Positions 16,969-26,998 of a stretch of DNA of 64,000 nt are shown here, piece by piece; positions within the stretch are counted from its first letter, which is position 1, and each line of letters opens with the position of its first letter. Where the stretch lies: NCBI GenBank assembly GCA_965218585.1, contig CBDCLE010000019.1:96001-160000 (forward strand). The letters are read 5' to 3'. Made by a program: the position numbers and the translations under genes. The notes under the pieces are model-generated. The model was not told the DNA's origin. It searched no databases and saw nothing but the letters and a program-made list of their open reading frames with translations. This stretch comes from Terriglobia bacterium. GTDB lineage: Bacteria; Acidobacteriota; Terriglobia; 20CM-2-55-15.

Positions 16969-19900
16969 TCAAGACACCTCCTCGAGCACACTCTGTATGC
17001 TTTCGAAAATGCTCCGCCCGGGACCTGGAGGCTTGATTCGAAGCGTCGCAGGGGGAGCAAAGACGACATCCGGGTCCCCCTCAACCAGTTGGACGATCCG
17101 CTCGGGGTCGATGTGAGCTTTTTGATCAAATACGATGTTGATAGCATCCCGTTTGCGTTCGATCAGATGGACACCAAGCGACCGGCCTCGAAGCCGCAGA
17201 CGAGCATATTCGAGGAGGTTCCGGATGGCATCCGGTAGCGATCCAAAGCGGTCTTCCAGATCCTGATACTGAAGGTCAATGGCCCCCTCGGTTCGGGCAG
17301 AGGCGATGCTCTTATACATACGCAAGCGCAGCATCTCATCAGGAACGAAGCTCTCGGGTATCTTCAGGTCTGAGCCGAGTCGAATCGTCGTTTCGACTTC
17401 GGGAGCGACTTCACCCGTCCGTAGTTCCTCCATGGTTCGTTCCAGCATCTGACAGTACAGGTCAAAACCAATCGCCTCGATGTGTCCATGCTGCTGTCCT
17501 CCCAGCAGATTGCCCGCACCACGGAGTTCGAGATCAAGAGCTGCTATGCGAAAACCGGCGCCCAATTCGCTGAATTCACGAATGGCAGCAAGCCGACGCC
17601 GGGCAATCGGTGTCAGCACCTTGTCGGAAGGAATCAGCAGATACGCATACGCGCGTCGATTGGATCGGCCTACACGCCCACGCAACTGATAGAGTTGCGA
17701 CAGACCGTAACGATCCGCCCTGTTGACGATCAGTGTATTCGCCAGGGGTATGTCCAGACCATTCTCGATGATGGTCGTTGCGACAAGAACGTCGAATTCA
17801 TGGTGCATGAAGCGCAACATGACGTTCTCCAATTCTTTTTCTCTCATCTGGCCGTGCCCGACCGCGATACGTGCCCTGGGACATATGCGACGGATGAAAT
17901 CTGCCAGGGAATAGATGGACTGGACCCGGTTGTGGACCAGATACACCTGCCCGCCCCGGTCCAGTTCAAAATTGATCGCGTTTTCTATGACCTGTGGATT
18001 GAACTTGAGGACAGAAGTATTGATCGCAAGTCGGTCCCGCGGAGGCGTTTCGATGACCGACATGTCCCGCAATCCCGTCAGAGCCATGTGAAGAGTTCTC
18101 GGAATCGGCGTTGCGGTCATCGTCAGTACGTCCACCTGTTTCTTGAGCTGCTTCAGGCGTTCCTTGTGGGCAACTCCGAAACGCTGTTCCTCGTCGACAA
18201 TCAAAAGGCCGAGATCGTGGAAATGGACATCCTTTGAAAGGATCCGGTGCGTCCCGATCACAACGTCAACCTTTCCGGCTCCGGCCTCAGACACGATCTG
18301 TTTCTGTTCTTTGGGCCCTACGAAACGACTGAGCATCGCGATCGACATCGGAAAGGCAGCGAATCGCTCTTTGAATGTTTCATAGTGCTGAAAGGTGAGC
18401 ACGGTTGTTGGAGCCAGGACAGCAACCTGTTTGCCGTCGGAAACCGCTTTGAACACAGCACGCATTGCAACCTCGGTCTTGCCGTAACCGACGTCTCCGC
18501 AGATCAACCGATCCATCGGAGTCTGCAGTTCCATGTCATCCTTTATTTCCCTGATCGAAGTGTGCTGATCCTCGGTCTCTTCGTACTGGAAGGCTTCCTC
18601 GAATTCTGTCTGCCACTCTGTGTCGGGCGAAAATGCGTGTCCCAACGCCACCTTCCGTTCGGCATAGAGCTGCAACAGTTCCTGGGCCATGTCACGAATG
18701 GCCCTTCGGACCTTTGCTTTTCTCTGGACCCAGGTCGTACCACCCAGGCGGTCGAGCTTGGGATGGCTGCCCTCGGTCGCCGAATACTTCTGGACCAGGT
18801 CCAGCCGGTCCAGTGGAACGTAGAGACGGTCGCCGTCGTGGTAGGTCAAGACCATGCACTCCTGGCCGTGAATGGTCTCGAGCCCTCCGTAATTGCCAAC
18901 GCCATGGTCGACATGAACCACGTAGTTCCCGGGTTTGAGATCCTGTAGATCGGAAAGGAAGGTAGAGATCCTGCTCTTGGAACGGCGCGACGGAGTGAAA
19001 TGCTCTGTTTCGTCGAGTATGTCCGTCTCGGCGAAAACCTCCAGGCCGACATCGGGAAGCCTGAAACCGCTGGAAATTCGCCCGACGGCAACGACAGGGG
19101 CGTTCCCATCTGTGGGCGCTTTAAGCGGAGCATCCCCAAACTCGGTCAGGATCGGTAGTTCATATTCGTGCAGAATGTCGCGCAGACGCTCGGCCATTCC
19201 AACTGTGCTGCCCATCAGGAGAACCTGCCGACCCGCCTCGAAGGAATCGCGAATCGTCTCTACCATCTCGCGCATCCGCCCATGGAAACGCCGGGCAGGT
19301 TGTCCAATGACAAGAAAATCCGAGCCACCGGCACCCAGTTCTTCCAAACCTAACCTGGGGTACTTATCCAATACCGACGTCACTTCATCGGAAGAGAGAA
19401 ACAACTGCTCTGGTCCAAGAGCCAGGCCTCCAACGGATTCAGTCTGCCGAAATCGGTGCTCCAACGTATCGCAATACTCCGCGTATCCCTTGTCTAACAA
19501 CTCCGGCTCATCCAGAACAAAGACGGCTTCGTCGAGATAGTGGACGAGTGTCGATTCGAGAGGCTGAAGAAGAGGAATCAGGAACTGGGAACCGGGGAAG
19601 GGTTCACCATCATCGGCCAGGGCCAGCTTTTCGTTCAAGTCGTCGTGGTAGCGCTCTTCCTCCCATTGTCCGCGAGCCTTCCCGGCCCAATCCCGAAACA
19701 TTTCGCGCGTCACAAACTGCTCCTGCATCGGAAGGATGTCGATTCGCCGAAGAGGGTTCGTGGACCGCTGATCGTCTGGATCGAACTCGCGAATTGATTC
19801 AACCGTGTCGCCAAAGAATTCGATCCGGGCGGGATTGGACATCAAGGGTGAAAACACGTCGACGATTCCACCCCGTTCAGAGAACTCGCCTACCGAGCCG

Positions 19901-20454
19901 ACTGGCTCCTGGGCCACGTAACCGGCAGTGGACAAGTGCTCCAGCATGAGTTCCTGGGAGAGTTCGTCACCCAGTGTGATGTGGAGACCGCAGGAGTCGA
20001 AGCTGGTTGGCCGCGGCAGGCGGCTGCCCAGTGCCCGGACACTGGTCGCGACGATATCCGCGTCCCCCGAGCGGAGCCGCCAGAGCGTACGGGCCCGGGC
20101 CTGTCCGATGTCGGCGTGGGGCGAGAGCCCCGAGTAGGGATCGGTGTCCCAGGCCGGAAAACTGGAAACGCGATCCGCCGAACGTTCATTGAGCTCGGAA
20201 TGGAAATACCCGATGTCCGAGGAAAGACTCTCCGTGGCCGTTTCCTCACGCGTCACCAGCACGATCGGCCGTCGAAGGCTCTGCCACAGGGCAGCCAGAA
20301 ACAAACCTTTCACCGATCCACCACCGAGACCCGCAACGGTCACCGGCTCCTGGTTCTTCAGAGTTTCGGCCGCAATCCGGCGGACGTCGGCGACTTCCAG
20401 AATTCTGGACAGAGACTCACGGAGTTTGTTCCGCGGAAGATTCTGAAGGGACAC
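16969..20454 (-). CDS. mfd: Transcription-repair coupling factor
   Basis: VVHVDHGVG RID domain, DRLICGDVGYGKTEVA, DEEQRFGV, TATPIPRTL, QLRGRVGRS, C-terminal TRCF domain. Confidence 0.98.
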   Translation of the reverse strand: MSLQNLPRNKLRESLSRILEVADVRRIAAETLKNQEPVTVAGLGGGSVKGLFLAALWQSLRRPIVLVTREETATESLSSDIGYFHSELNERSADRVSSFPAWDTDPYSGLSPHADIGQARARTLWRLRSGDADIVATSVRALGSRLPRPTSFDSCGLHITLGDELSQELMLEHLSTAGYVAQEPVGSVGEFSERGGIVDVFSPLMSNPARIEFFGDTVESIREFDPDDQRSTNPLRRIDILPMQEQFVTREMFRDWAGKARGQWEEERYHDDLNEKLALADDGEPFPGSQFLIPLLQPLESTLVHYLDEAVFVLDEPELLDKGYAEYCDTLEHRFRQTESVGGLALGPEQLFLSSDEVTSVLDKYPRLGLEELGAGGSDFLVIGQPARRFHGRMREMVETIRDSFEAGRQVLLMGSTVGMAERLRDILHEYELPILTEFGDAPLKAPTDGNAPVVAVGRISSGFRLPDVGLEVFAETDILDETEHFTPSRRSKSRISTFLSDLQDLKPGNYVVHVDHGVGNYGGLETIHGQECMVLTYHDGDRLYVPLDRLDLVQKYSATEGSHPKLDRLGGTTWVQRKAKVRRAIRDMAQELLQLYAERKVALGHAFSPDTEWQTEFEEAFQYEETEDQHTSIREIKDDMELQTPMDRLICGDVGYGKTEVAMRAVFKAVSDGKQVAVLAPTTVLTFQHYETFKERFAAFPMSIAMLSRFVGPKEQKQIVSEAGAGKVDVVIGTHRILSKDVHFHDLGLLIVDEEQRFGVAHKERLKQLKKQVDVLTMTATPIPRTLHMALTGLRDMSVIETPPRDRLAINTSVLKFNPQVIENAINFELDRGGQVYLVHNRVQSIYSLADFIRRICPRARIAVGHGQMREKELENVMLRFMHHEFDVLVATTIIENGLDIPLANTLIVNRADRYGLSQLYQLRGRVGRSNRRAYAYLLIPSDKVLTPIARRRLAAIREFSELGAGFRIAALDLELRGAGNLLGGQQHGHIEAIGFDLYCQMLERTMEELRTGEVAPEVETTIRLGSDLKIPESFVPDEMLRLRMYKSIASARTEGAIDLQYQDLEDRFGSLPDAIRNLLEYARLRLRGRSLGVHLIERKRDAINIVFDQKAHIDPERIVQLVEGDPDVVFAPPATLRIKPPGPGRSIFESIQSVLEEVS

Positions 20455-20455
20455 G

Positions 20456-20944
20456 CTACGTCTTTCCCAGACGGGAGAGGACGCGCTCGACTACGCCGGT
20501 ACTCGACTGACCCTCGACTAACAGCACGGCAACTACTTTGCCACCCCATGCCTCGACTTCTTCCTGCCCGACGATACCCTTGTCCTTCCAATCGGATCCC
20601 TTGACAAGTACGTCGGGATGGATCTCGAGGATCGCCTCCAGAGGTGTGTCTTCATCGAAAACACACACGAAGTCAACCGGCTCCATCGCGCTCAACACTT
20701 CGGCCCGCTCTGATTGATCAAAGATCGGGCGTCCTTCGCCTTTCAATCGCCGGACCGATTCGTTGCTGTTTATCGCGACAACCAGAACGTCACCATGCTC
20801 CCGGGCCGCCCGGAACAGTTCGATATGCCCAGGATGAAGTATGTCGAAGCAGCCATTCGTGAACACCACGCGTTTACCCTCAGCCTTCAAATCAGGAACA
20901 ATCGCGGCCAGGGAATCGACGGTTTCTATCTTGTGGGTGGACAT
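20456..20944 (-). CDS. rfaE2: D-glycero-beta-D-manno-heptose 1-phosphate adenylyltransferase
   Basis: VFTNGCFDILHPGH, NSNESVRRLKG..RP, PDVLVKGSDW. Confidence 0.9.
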   Translation of the reverse strand: MSTHKIETVDSLAAIVPDLKAEGKRVVFTNGCFDILHPGHIELFRAAREHGDVLVVAINSNESVRRLKGEGRPIFDQSERAEVLSAMEPVDFVCVFDEDTPLEAILEIHPDVLVKGSDWKDKGIVGQEEVEAWGGKVVAVLLVEGQSSTGVVERVLSRLGKT

Positions 20945-21014
20945 GTGCTTGTGGGGTTTCCAGAGGATTCAGACCGCTGGTTTTGCAGTCCCAAAGTAGT
21001 ATAGCATCGCCGTT

Positions 21015-22394
21015 GTGCGTCTCCGGCTGACGGCCATAGCCCTGTGTTCGGGTGCTTTTCTCGTGGGATGGTTGGGTCTTCGGTCTGCGGCACCAGACAC
21101 GGTTCGAGGTGTCCTGCCCCTTGACCCGGCGACGCCTTACATACGCTTCGTACCCGATTCTTCACCTACCACAACGGCTGTCCTCGTTCACGGCCTGAAC
21201 TCCAACAAGGAATTCATGCAAACGTTCGCGATGGCGCTGGCCGATGCGGGCGTGGACACTTACGCCATTGACCTTCCCGGCCACGGAGACTCGTCAGCGC
21301 CCTTCAACTATGCGAACAGTCTTCGGGCAGTCACCTCCCTGCTCGATACGTTCGAGCGTCAACCTGTCGTCGTCGGTCATTCAATGGGCGGTGGTTTGCT
21401 CGCCGATCTGGCACCCTTACGCGAGTTTGAAACGATGCTCCTTCTCTCTCCCGTGCCCGTACCCGTAGAGGACTTTCCTGCCCGGCGGCTTCTGATAGTC
21501 AGCGGCGCGCTTGAAGCTCCACGGGTCAACGCGTTTTTCCCCACCTTGATAGAATCCGCAAGCGGCGAGACCCTCTGGTTGAAGTTTCCTGACGCAGGTC
21601 ATTCCACCGCCCTGTTTGCCCCTGGAAAGATTCGACAAGTGGTGGAATGGGTCGTCGGTGACGAGGTCTCATCACGGACAACCGAACGCTACGTGTGGCT
21701 GCTGCTCATCGCTCTGGCCGGCATCACCGCTGGATGGGTGCTCCTCCCCAGGGGGGAAACCCCGACTCTCACTCGGCGCCCGCCGGTGCTCGGGCCCACG
21801 CTCGTCGGCTACGTCGCCGCTTCGGGAGTGGTGATCCTGTTGCTGCGCTTCGTCAACCCGATGGGGTGGCTCAACCTGTTCGCCGCGGACTATCTGGCCG
21901 GTTTCATCCTGGTGACGGGACTTCTACTCTGGAGAGGAAGTGGCTTCTCGATGACAGGCAGAGGCGTAACCGTCGGTGCGCTGGCGGCTGTCTACGCCGT
22001 CACAGTGCTGCTGGGGGGCGTTGGCGGAAATCTGATTCATCTCGTTCCCTCCGGGATCCAGTGGCTCTGGTTCCCCGTATTGACCCTAGCCAGTCTGCCG
22101 CTGTTCCTCCATGACGAACTGGCGCTTCGACCCATCCCGGTCGCATGGAAACGCTGGGGCATGTTCCTGCTGACCCGAATCATCCTGTGGGCCGCCGTCG
22201 TTATCGGGGTGCTACTCCTGAACACAGACAAAGAATTTCTCGTTCTGATCATGCATCTGATCGTAGTGTTCTGGATAGTGCTTTGGGGAATCACCGGTTT
22301 GATCGCCCGCCGGACGGGAGAGGCGGGCGCCGCGGCACTGTTCGCAGCGATTGTGCATGGGTGGGCCCTTGCTGCCGTGTTTGTAAGGATCTGA
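21015..22394 (+). CDS. Alpha/beta hydrolase with a C-terminal multi-TM domain
   Basis: VLVHG, DLPGHG, GHSMG nucleophile elbow, DAGH; about 8 TM helices in the C-terminal half. Confidence 0.8.
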   Translation: MRLRLTAIALCSGAFLVGWLGLRSAAPDTVRGVLPLDPATPYIRFVPDSSPTTTAVLVHGLNSNKEFMQTFAMALADAGVDTYAIDLPGHGDSSAPFNYANSLRAVTSLLDTFERQPVVVGHSMGGGLLADLAPLREFETMLLLSPVPVPVEDFPARRLLIVSGALEAPRVNAFFPTLIESASGETLWLKFPDAGHSTALFAPGKIRQVVEWVVGDEVSSRTTERYVWLLLIALAGITAGWVLLPRGETPTLTRRPPVLGPTLVGYVAASGVVILLLRFVNPMGWLNLFAADYLAGFILVTGLLLWRGSGFSMTGRGVTVGALAAVYAVTVLLGGVGGNLIHLVPSGIQWLWFPVLTLASLPLFLHDELALRPIPVAWKRWGMFLLTRIILWAAVVIGVLLLNTDKEFLVLIMHLIVVFWIVLWGITGLIARRTGEAGAAALFAAIVHGWALAAVFVRI

Positions 22395-22397
22395 ACC

Positions 22398-22421
22398 AAG
22401 GTCAGGCCTGACTCTGACCTT
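22398..22421. terminator. Hairpin between convergent genes (possible terminator)
   Basis: AAGGTCAG...CTGACCTT inverted repeat just after the stop at 22394; no strong U-tract. Confidence 0.3.
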
Positions 22422-22445
22422 CAGTGTAGAGGCTGAAAATCGTTT

Positions 22446-23129
22446 CTACCGGCCCGCAGCGATATCTCTGAGCAGACTGAAGGAACGGCCGAGTTGAAAA
22501 GCGTGGGAATAGGCTGTTCCGTTTCTCAAAACCTGTGTCCAGTTGGAGCGCCGCCTGGCCTCGCTCGTTGCTAGACTCCGCCAGTCGCCGAGTCTCTCGA
22601 ACGCCAGAGGCATTGACCGATCGATCTCTTCACGAACCACGTCTTCGACATTATCGATCGCCCGGAGTTCAATATCGATCAGGGCCTGTGCTTGAACTTC
22701 CTGGCTCGACCCCGGAAAAGCAAAGTTCGGACGACCATCTGATGCCATTCGTCCGTCATAGGAGCGCAGGATGTAACCGGCTAACCGCTCGGTCGCCTGA
22801 GCCAGGCTTAGAGCGACACAGTCAGTGGAACCTCCGGTAACCAAGCAGACGGCCTGTAGGGGTCCCCGCACCCGTGTTGGTCCCAAAACCTCGACGGGAT
22901 ATACAGTTGGCAAAGGACCAACCTGGGGTGCCGGGACTGGCGCGGGTACGGGCAAGGGAGTCGGTGCGACAGGAACCGGTATGGGTGTCTGGGTCGTCAC
23001 GGGAAGCGTCTGAGCGATGGCAACCGGGACATGGACGACCATCAAGATCGCTGACACGAACGCCAGAACCCGCCAGTTTCGGAAACAGTTCAGGTCCACT
23101 TCAAACTCTCCCATTCGTTTCGTTCCCAT
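22446..23129 (-). CDS. Hypothetical exported protein with a Pro/Thr-rich linker
   Basis: Hydrophobic segment ending AIA-Q, then TPIPVPVAPTPLPVPAPVPAP; no recognised domain; start uncertain. Confidence 0.55.
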   Translation of the reverse strand: MGTKRMGEFEVDLNCFRNWRVLAFVSAILMVVHVPVAIAQTLPVTTQTPIPVPVAPTPLPVPAPVPAPQVGPLPTVYPVEVLGPTRVRGPLQAVCLVTGGSTDCVALSLAQATERLAGYILRSYDGRMASDGRPNFAFPGSSQEVQAQALIDIELRAIDNVEDVVREEIDRSMPLAFERLGDWRSLATSEARRRSNWTQVLRNGTAYSHAFQLGRSFSLLRDIAAGR

Positions 23130-23153
23130 AGGATGCTTCGATCGGGAAACGGA

Positions 23154-24656
23154 CTATTGCTCCGCGATGGCGTGGTATTCGCCCTCGGTGAAATTGAGGA
23201 TGTCTCTGAGATTGAGTTCCTCAGGATTTCGTTCATACGCCTGACGGTACAGTCGGAGTGCGACCTCGAAATCTTCAGACGAAGGATCGGCTTTCGCCGT
23301 CAACGCAAAACCGCGCTCGAGCAGCGACCACGTTTCGTAGTCGTATTGCTCTTGGGGTGTCCGCCCAAGGACGGCGTCGTCAAAGCTTTCTTGGATGACT
23401 TGTCGGAGGCACGCGGCGTCACACCGCGGACACTGGCCCATTCCCGAGGTCAGACCGGCAAAGTATCGGTGCGCATCCCGGACATCCAGGTCATCCGGAT
23501 AGCGTTCCCGGGCCGTGGTCAGCCATTCGAAACTTTCTTCCCAATCGGTGCGACCCACTTCCAGCGCGTCCAGCAGCACGGTCGTGCGGTTCTTGCTCGC
23601 TGGAGCAGGAACCCGAAGAGCGTTGCCCGACTGCTGCACCCATTGGGTCTGCGCCTGCCGAGACATCGATGCCAACGCCGGGGTAGTCGACGGCGCCCGA
23701 AGGACACTGGGATCCACCGTGATGGGCCGATCGCCATCAAGGTCCCGCAAATCTACGACATTCGAATCTACAAAGACGGAAGCGTTGGAACCGGTCGCTG
23801 GAGTGCGCGTCCCGAGCCCGCTTGAAGGCTGATCTGCACCCGCCACTGCATCGCTAAGGTTCGTGTCGGGATCAGAATCGAAGTCCGATCCCACCGGTAC
23901 GGCGTTCCCGCCGTCAGCCCCAAGGCTATCGGAAATCCCACCAAGAACGTCGTCGATCCGCCCCGCGGCCCGCGCCAACTCCTCGGCCCGCCGCTGACGT
24001 TCCAACTCGGCCTGCCGAGCCTGCTCGGCTTGAATCTGGGCAAGACTGTTCCGGGCGCGCCGCATGTTCTCCCGAATCGCATCGTAAGTCCGGGCGTATA
24101 GAGAACCCGGGTTGTACGTAAAATCGGGGTTGCCGGACATCGCCTCAAGACCCGCTTCGAACAGAGCGATCGCCTGCGCGTAGTTACCTGTATAAGAGAC
24201 CCTCATCCCCAACTCGTTCAGAGTATCCGCCAAATTCTCGTTAATGATCCCGTCGCGACCATACCGGAGGCGCGCGGCCTCAGTGAAGAGCCGAGCTGCG
24301 GTCTCCAGATCACCTGAGTTTCGCGCGTCCCAGGCCTGTCGGCGGAGCTGGGCAGCCTGTTGTCCGCGGATGGCATCCTCGGACGCCTCTATCGGGCCGT
24401 CATCGTCGTCACCAAAGCCAAACAGCTTCCCAAGGGCATCAAAAAGATCACCAAAAGTAGGGCCCGAACCGCCCGAACCGCCGCCGGTATTGCCACCACC
24501 GCCGCTACCATCCCCACCACAACCCAACGGACTCTCCACACAACCGCTGGGACCGACGTCAGGAACCTGGGCCTGAGCTTCCGTAATTCCAAAAAGAAGG
24601 ACCACTGACGCAACCGTACCCAAGCAGACTGCCAAGCGTCTCATCGCAAACTCCAT
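23154..24656 (-). CDS. Hypothetical secreted protein with a Gly-rich linker and TPR-like helices
   Basis: Signal peptide ending AQA-Q; GGDGSGGGGNTGGGSGGSG; TPR-like segments (GDLETAARLFTEA, GNYAQAIALFEAGL, ALRLYRQAYERNP). Confidence 0.65.
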   Translation of the reverse strand: MEFAMRRLAVCLGTVASVVLLFGITEAQAQVPDVGPSGCVESPLGCGGDGSGGGGNTGGGSGGSGPTFGDLFDALGKLFGFGDDDDGPIEASEDAIRGQQAAQLRRQAWDARNSGDLETAARLFTEAARLRYGRDGIINENLADTLNELGMRVSYTGNYAQAIALFEAGLEAMSGNPDFTYNPGSLYARTYDAIRENMRRARNSLAQIQAEQARQAELERQRRAEELARAAGRIDDVLGGISDSLGADGGNAVPVGSDFDSDPDTNLSDAVAGADQPSSGLGTRTPATGSNASVFVDSNVVDLRDLDGDRPITVDPSVLRAPSTTPALASMSRQAQTQWVQQSGNALRVPAPASKNRTTVLLDALEVGRTDWEESFEWLTTARERYPDDLDVRDAHRYFAGLTSGMGQCPRCDAACLRQVIQESFDDAVLGRTPQEQYDYETWSLLERGFALTAKADPSSEDFEVALRLYRQAYERNPEELNLRDILNFTEGEYHAIAEQ

Positions 24657-24893
24657 AAGGGAAAGCTATGCGATCCCGGTCGTAAACCCGAAACGCACCT
24701 GCGAATAACATTCTAACACGCTGAAAAAGAAAGACTTAATGGATATTAGCATGGGTGTCACAACCTGACCAACGATTAGCGACACCTCCACATCATCTGC
24801 TCATTAGTCGATACCTCGTTCTGGTATGACCCGTGGCGTTTGGCGGTCTTGGGCAGGCGATGGGAGTCGTCCCGGGGCTTGATGACGATCGTA

Positions 24894-25745
24894 CTAACAG
24901 CGAAATACGGAACCGCGGCGATTGGTGGCCGACGGTGGGGCCCCAGCGACCGGCACCCAAATCTCCTCTTGGTCGTTCCAAGCAAGGTCGTACCACACCC
25001 CCCCGATTTGGCCCAGTTTCACCGGGCCGCGCGCGCGCAACAACCGACCGTCCGGCCCCCGTTCACTGACATAAGCGATGTGGTCAGCCTCGATGTAGAC
25101 TCCAGTCGAACGACCCTCGCGCAACCGGTCAACGGTTCTCTGGGACCATAACTGCCAGTATTGGCGGTCTGAACTCTCGTTTGTGGGGTAGTACGTCTGA
25201 CCTGCTATCCGCACCGTACTATTGCTGTTCAGGACCCTGTCCGCACGCATCTGGAAAACGTCGCGTAGGGTCGGTATGGAACCGACGCCTCCGGGAAACT
25301 CGAAATCGTTGTCACCCCTGACGCGCCTGAAGTCGATGTTTCCGTTCGGGTCGATCCTCAGCCGGTACTCTCGGGCCGTAGGGTTGCTGCTGGTGTCGTC
25401 CAGGGTAAACGTCGCGTCCCTGCAGTTGATCAGAAAGCGCCGGCCATAGACGTCATTTGTATTGGTGATGTCGTAGATCTCGAGCTGAGCCGTCATTACT
25501 GCGCCAGGGGGTGACCCCTCGAAGGTGCGCTCGGAGCGAGCAACCATAGAGATTGCGCGACCATCGAGATAAAACACGTTGCGGTCGCCCCAACGCCCGA
25601 ACAGGTTAGCGGCGCTCCACGGTCCACCCCGGTCGGAGGACTGCCGGAGTAGCTCAGCCTTCGCCTCCGTTGGACGTAAAGAGGCAGGAAGCACGCTAGT
25701 AGCAAGCGTCAATATCAGAAGGAGGATCAGGCGGCGCGTGGTCAC
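24894..25745 (-). CDS. Hypothetical secreted protein
   Basis: GTG start giving signal peptide TTRRLILLLILTLATSVLPA; beta-rich mature region; the longer ORF-track extension overlaps the opposite-strand permease and is not used. Confidence 0.55.
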   Translation of the reverse strand: MTTRRLILLLILTLATSVLPASLRPTEAKAELLRQSSDRGGPWSAANLFGRWGDRNVFYLDGRAISMVARSERTFEGSPPGAVMTAQLEIYDITNTNDVYGRRFLINCRDATFTLDDTSSNPTAREYRLRIDPNGNIDFRRVRGDNDFEFPGGVGSIPTLRDVFQMRADRVLNSNSTVRIAGQTYYPTNESSDRQYWQLWSQRTVDRLREGRSTGVYIEADHIAYVSERGPDGRLLRARGPVKLGQIGGVWYDLAWNDQEEIWVPVAGAPPSATNRRGSVFRC

Positions 25746-25833
25746 GGGCCGAATGTAACAGGGCAGCACAACGTATTCCAAGAAAAAGGAGACACAGAGC
25801 TCTGACACCTTTTTCTTGTGCTTTAATGGTTCC

Positions 25834-26979
25834 GTGAAGTTCCTCCCGCTGATCCTCAAAAATACCTTTCGAAACAAGCGACGGACGCTCCTGACCGTGC
25901 TCAGTATCGGGATGTCGCTTTTCCTGATCAGCACCTTGCGAACGCTCTTGACCTCGCTGGAAGATCCGGACATGACGCCCGACTCGGCCCTTCGCGTCGT
26001 GACGCGTCACAAGGTCTCGCTCGCGAACGTGATGCCGATCGCCTACAAGGACCGCATCGCTCAGGTTGCCGGCGTGACCGCCGTCAACGCGCAACAGTGG
26101 TTCGGCGGCATGTATCAAGATCCGGCGAATTTCTTTGCGAACTTTGCCGTCGATCATGAAACCTTCTTCGAAGTTTACCCGGACATCCAGACCGGCCCCG
26201 AAGCGCGAGCGGCATTCGAAACGGGACGGACCGCCTCACTGGTGGGCGAGGATCTCGCGGAACGGTTCGGTTGGGAAGTCGGCCAGCGCGTCACACTGGA
26301 AGGTGTCATCTTCCCGTTCGACGTGGAAACCTTAATCGCGGGCTTCGTCACGGGCGCCAACAGCGAGAACGTTTTCTATTTCCGGTGGGACTACTTCGAC
26401 GAGTTGTTCGACCGTGAGGGTGTCTCCGGAACTTTCATTGTCCGCGTCGAAGACGCAGACACCGTGCCTGAAGTCGCCGAAGCCATCGATGCCGGGTTTG
26501 ACAGCACGAATACGCCGACAAAGACCGAGAGCGAACAGGCGTTCGTTCTCGGTTTCATGGAGATGTGGGGGAACATCCGGGCGCTCATCGTGAGCATCTC
26601 CACCGTCGTCCTTTTCACGATCATTCTGGTTGCAGCCAACACGATGGCAATGTCGATTCGGGAACGCACGGGCGAAATCGCAATACTGAAGACGATCGGA
26701 TTCCGCGGCCCTCAGGTCCTGGGTCTGGTAATCGCCGAGTCGCTGCTGATCGCTGTGACCGGGGGTCTGGTTGGAGCGCTCGGTGCCCGCTACATTTACG
26801 CTGGCGTCAATTTCAGCGCGATGACGATGGGTTTTATTCCCCAGTTCATCGTGCGATGGGACACGGTCGGACTGGCTCTTGTTATCGCCGTCGGCGTGGC
26901 CATGGTCAGCACGTTCATCCCCGCATACAGCGCCTCGCGTCTGGCAATTGTGGACGCCGTCCGGCGAAGGGGCGAATAG
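25834..26979 (+). CDS. MacB/FtsX-family ABC transporter permease
   Basis: KNTFRNKRRTLLT, periplasmic domain, NTMAMSIRERTGEIAILKTIGF. Confidence 0.9.
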   Translation: MKFLPLILKNTFRNKRRTLLTVLSIGMSLFLISTLRTLLTSLEDPDMTPDSALRVVTRHKVSLANVMPIAYKDRIAQVAGVTAVNAQQWFGGMYQDPANFFANFAVDHETFFEVYPDIQTGPEARAAFETGRTASLVGEDLAERFGWEVGQRVTLEGVIFPFDVETLIAGFVTGANSENVFYFRWDYFDELFDREGVSGTFIVRVEDADTVPEVAEAIDAGFDSTNTPTKTESEQAFVLGFMEMWGNIRALIVSISTVVLFTIILVAANTMAMSIRERTGEIAILKTIGFRGPQVLGLVIAESLLIAVTGGLVGALGARYIYAGVNFSAMTMGFIPQFIVRWDTVGLALVIAVGVAMVSTFIPAYSASRLAIVDAVRRRGE

Positions 26980-26998
26980 GCCGCCACCGAGACGAACG

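Noticed and set aside
24440-24530. Low-complexity GC-rich repeats
   Set aside because: They encode the Gly/Ser linker of the 23154-24656 protein and are not an array.
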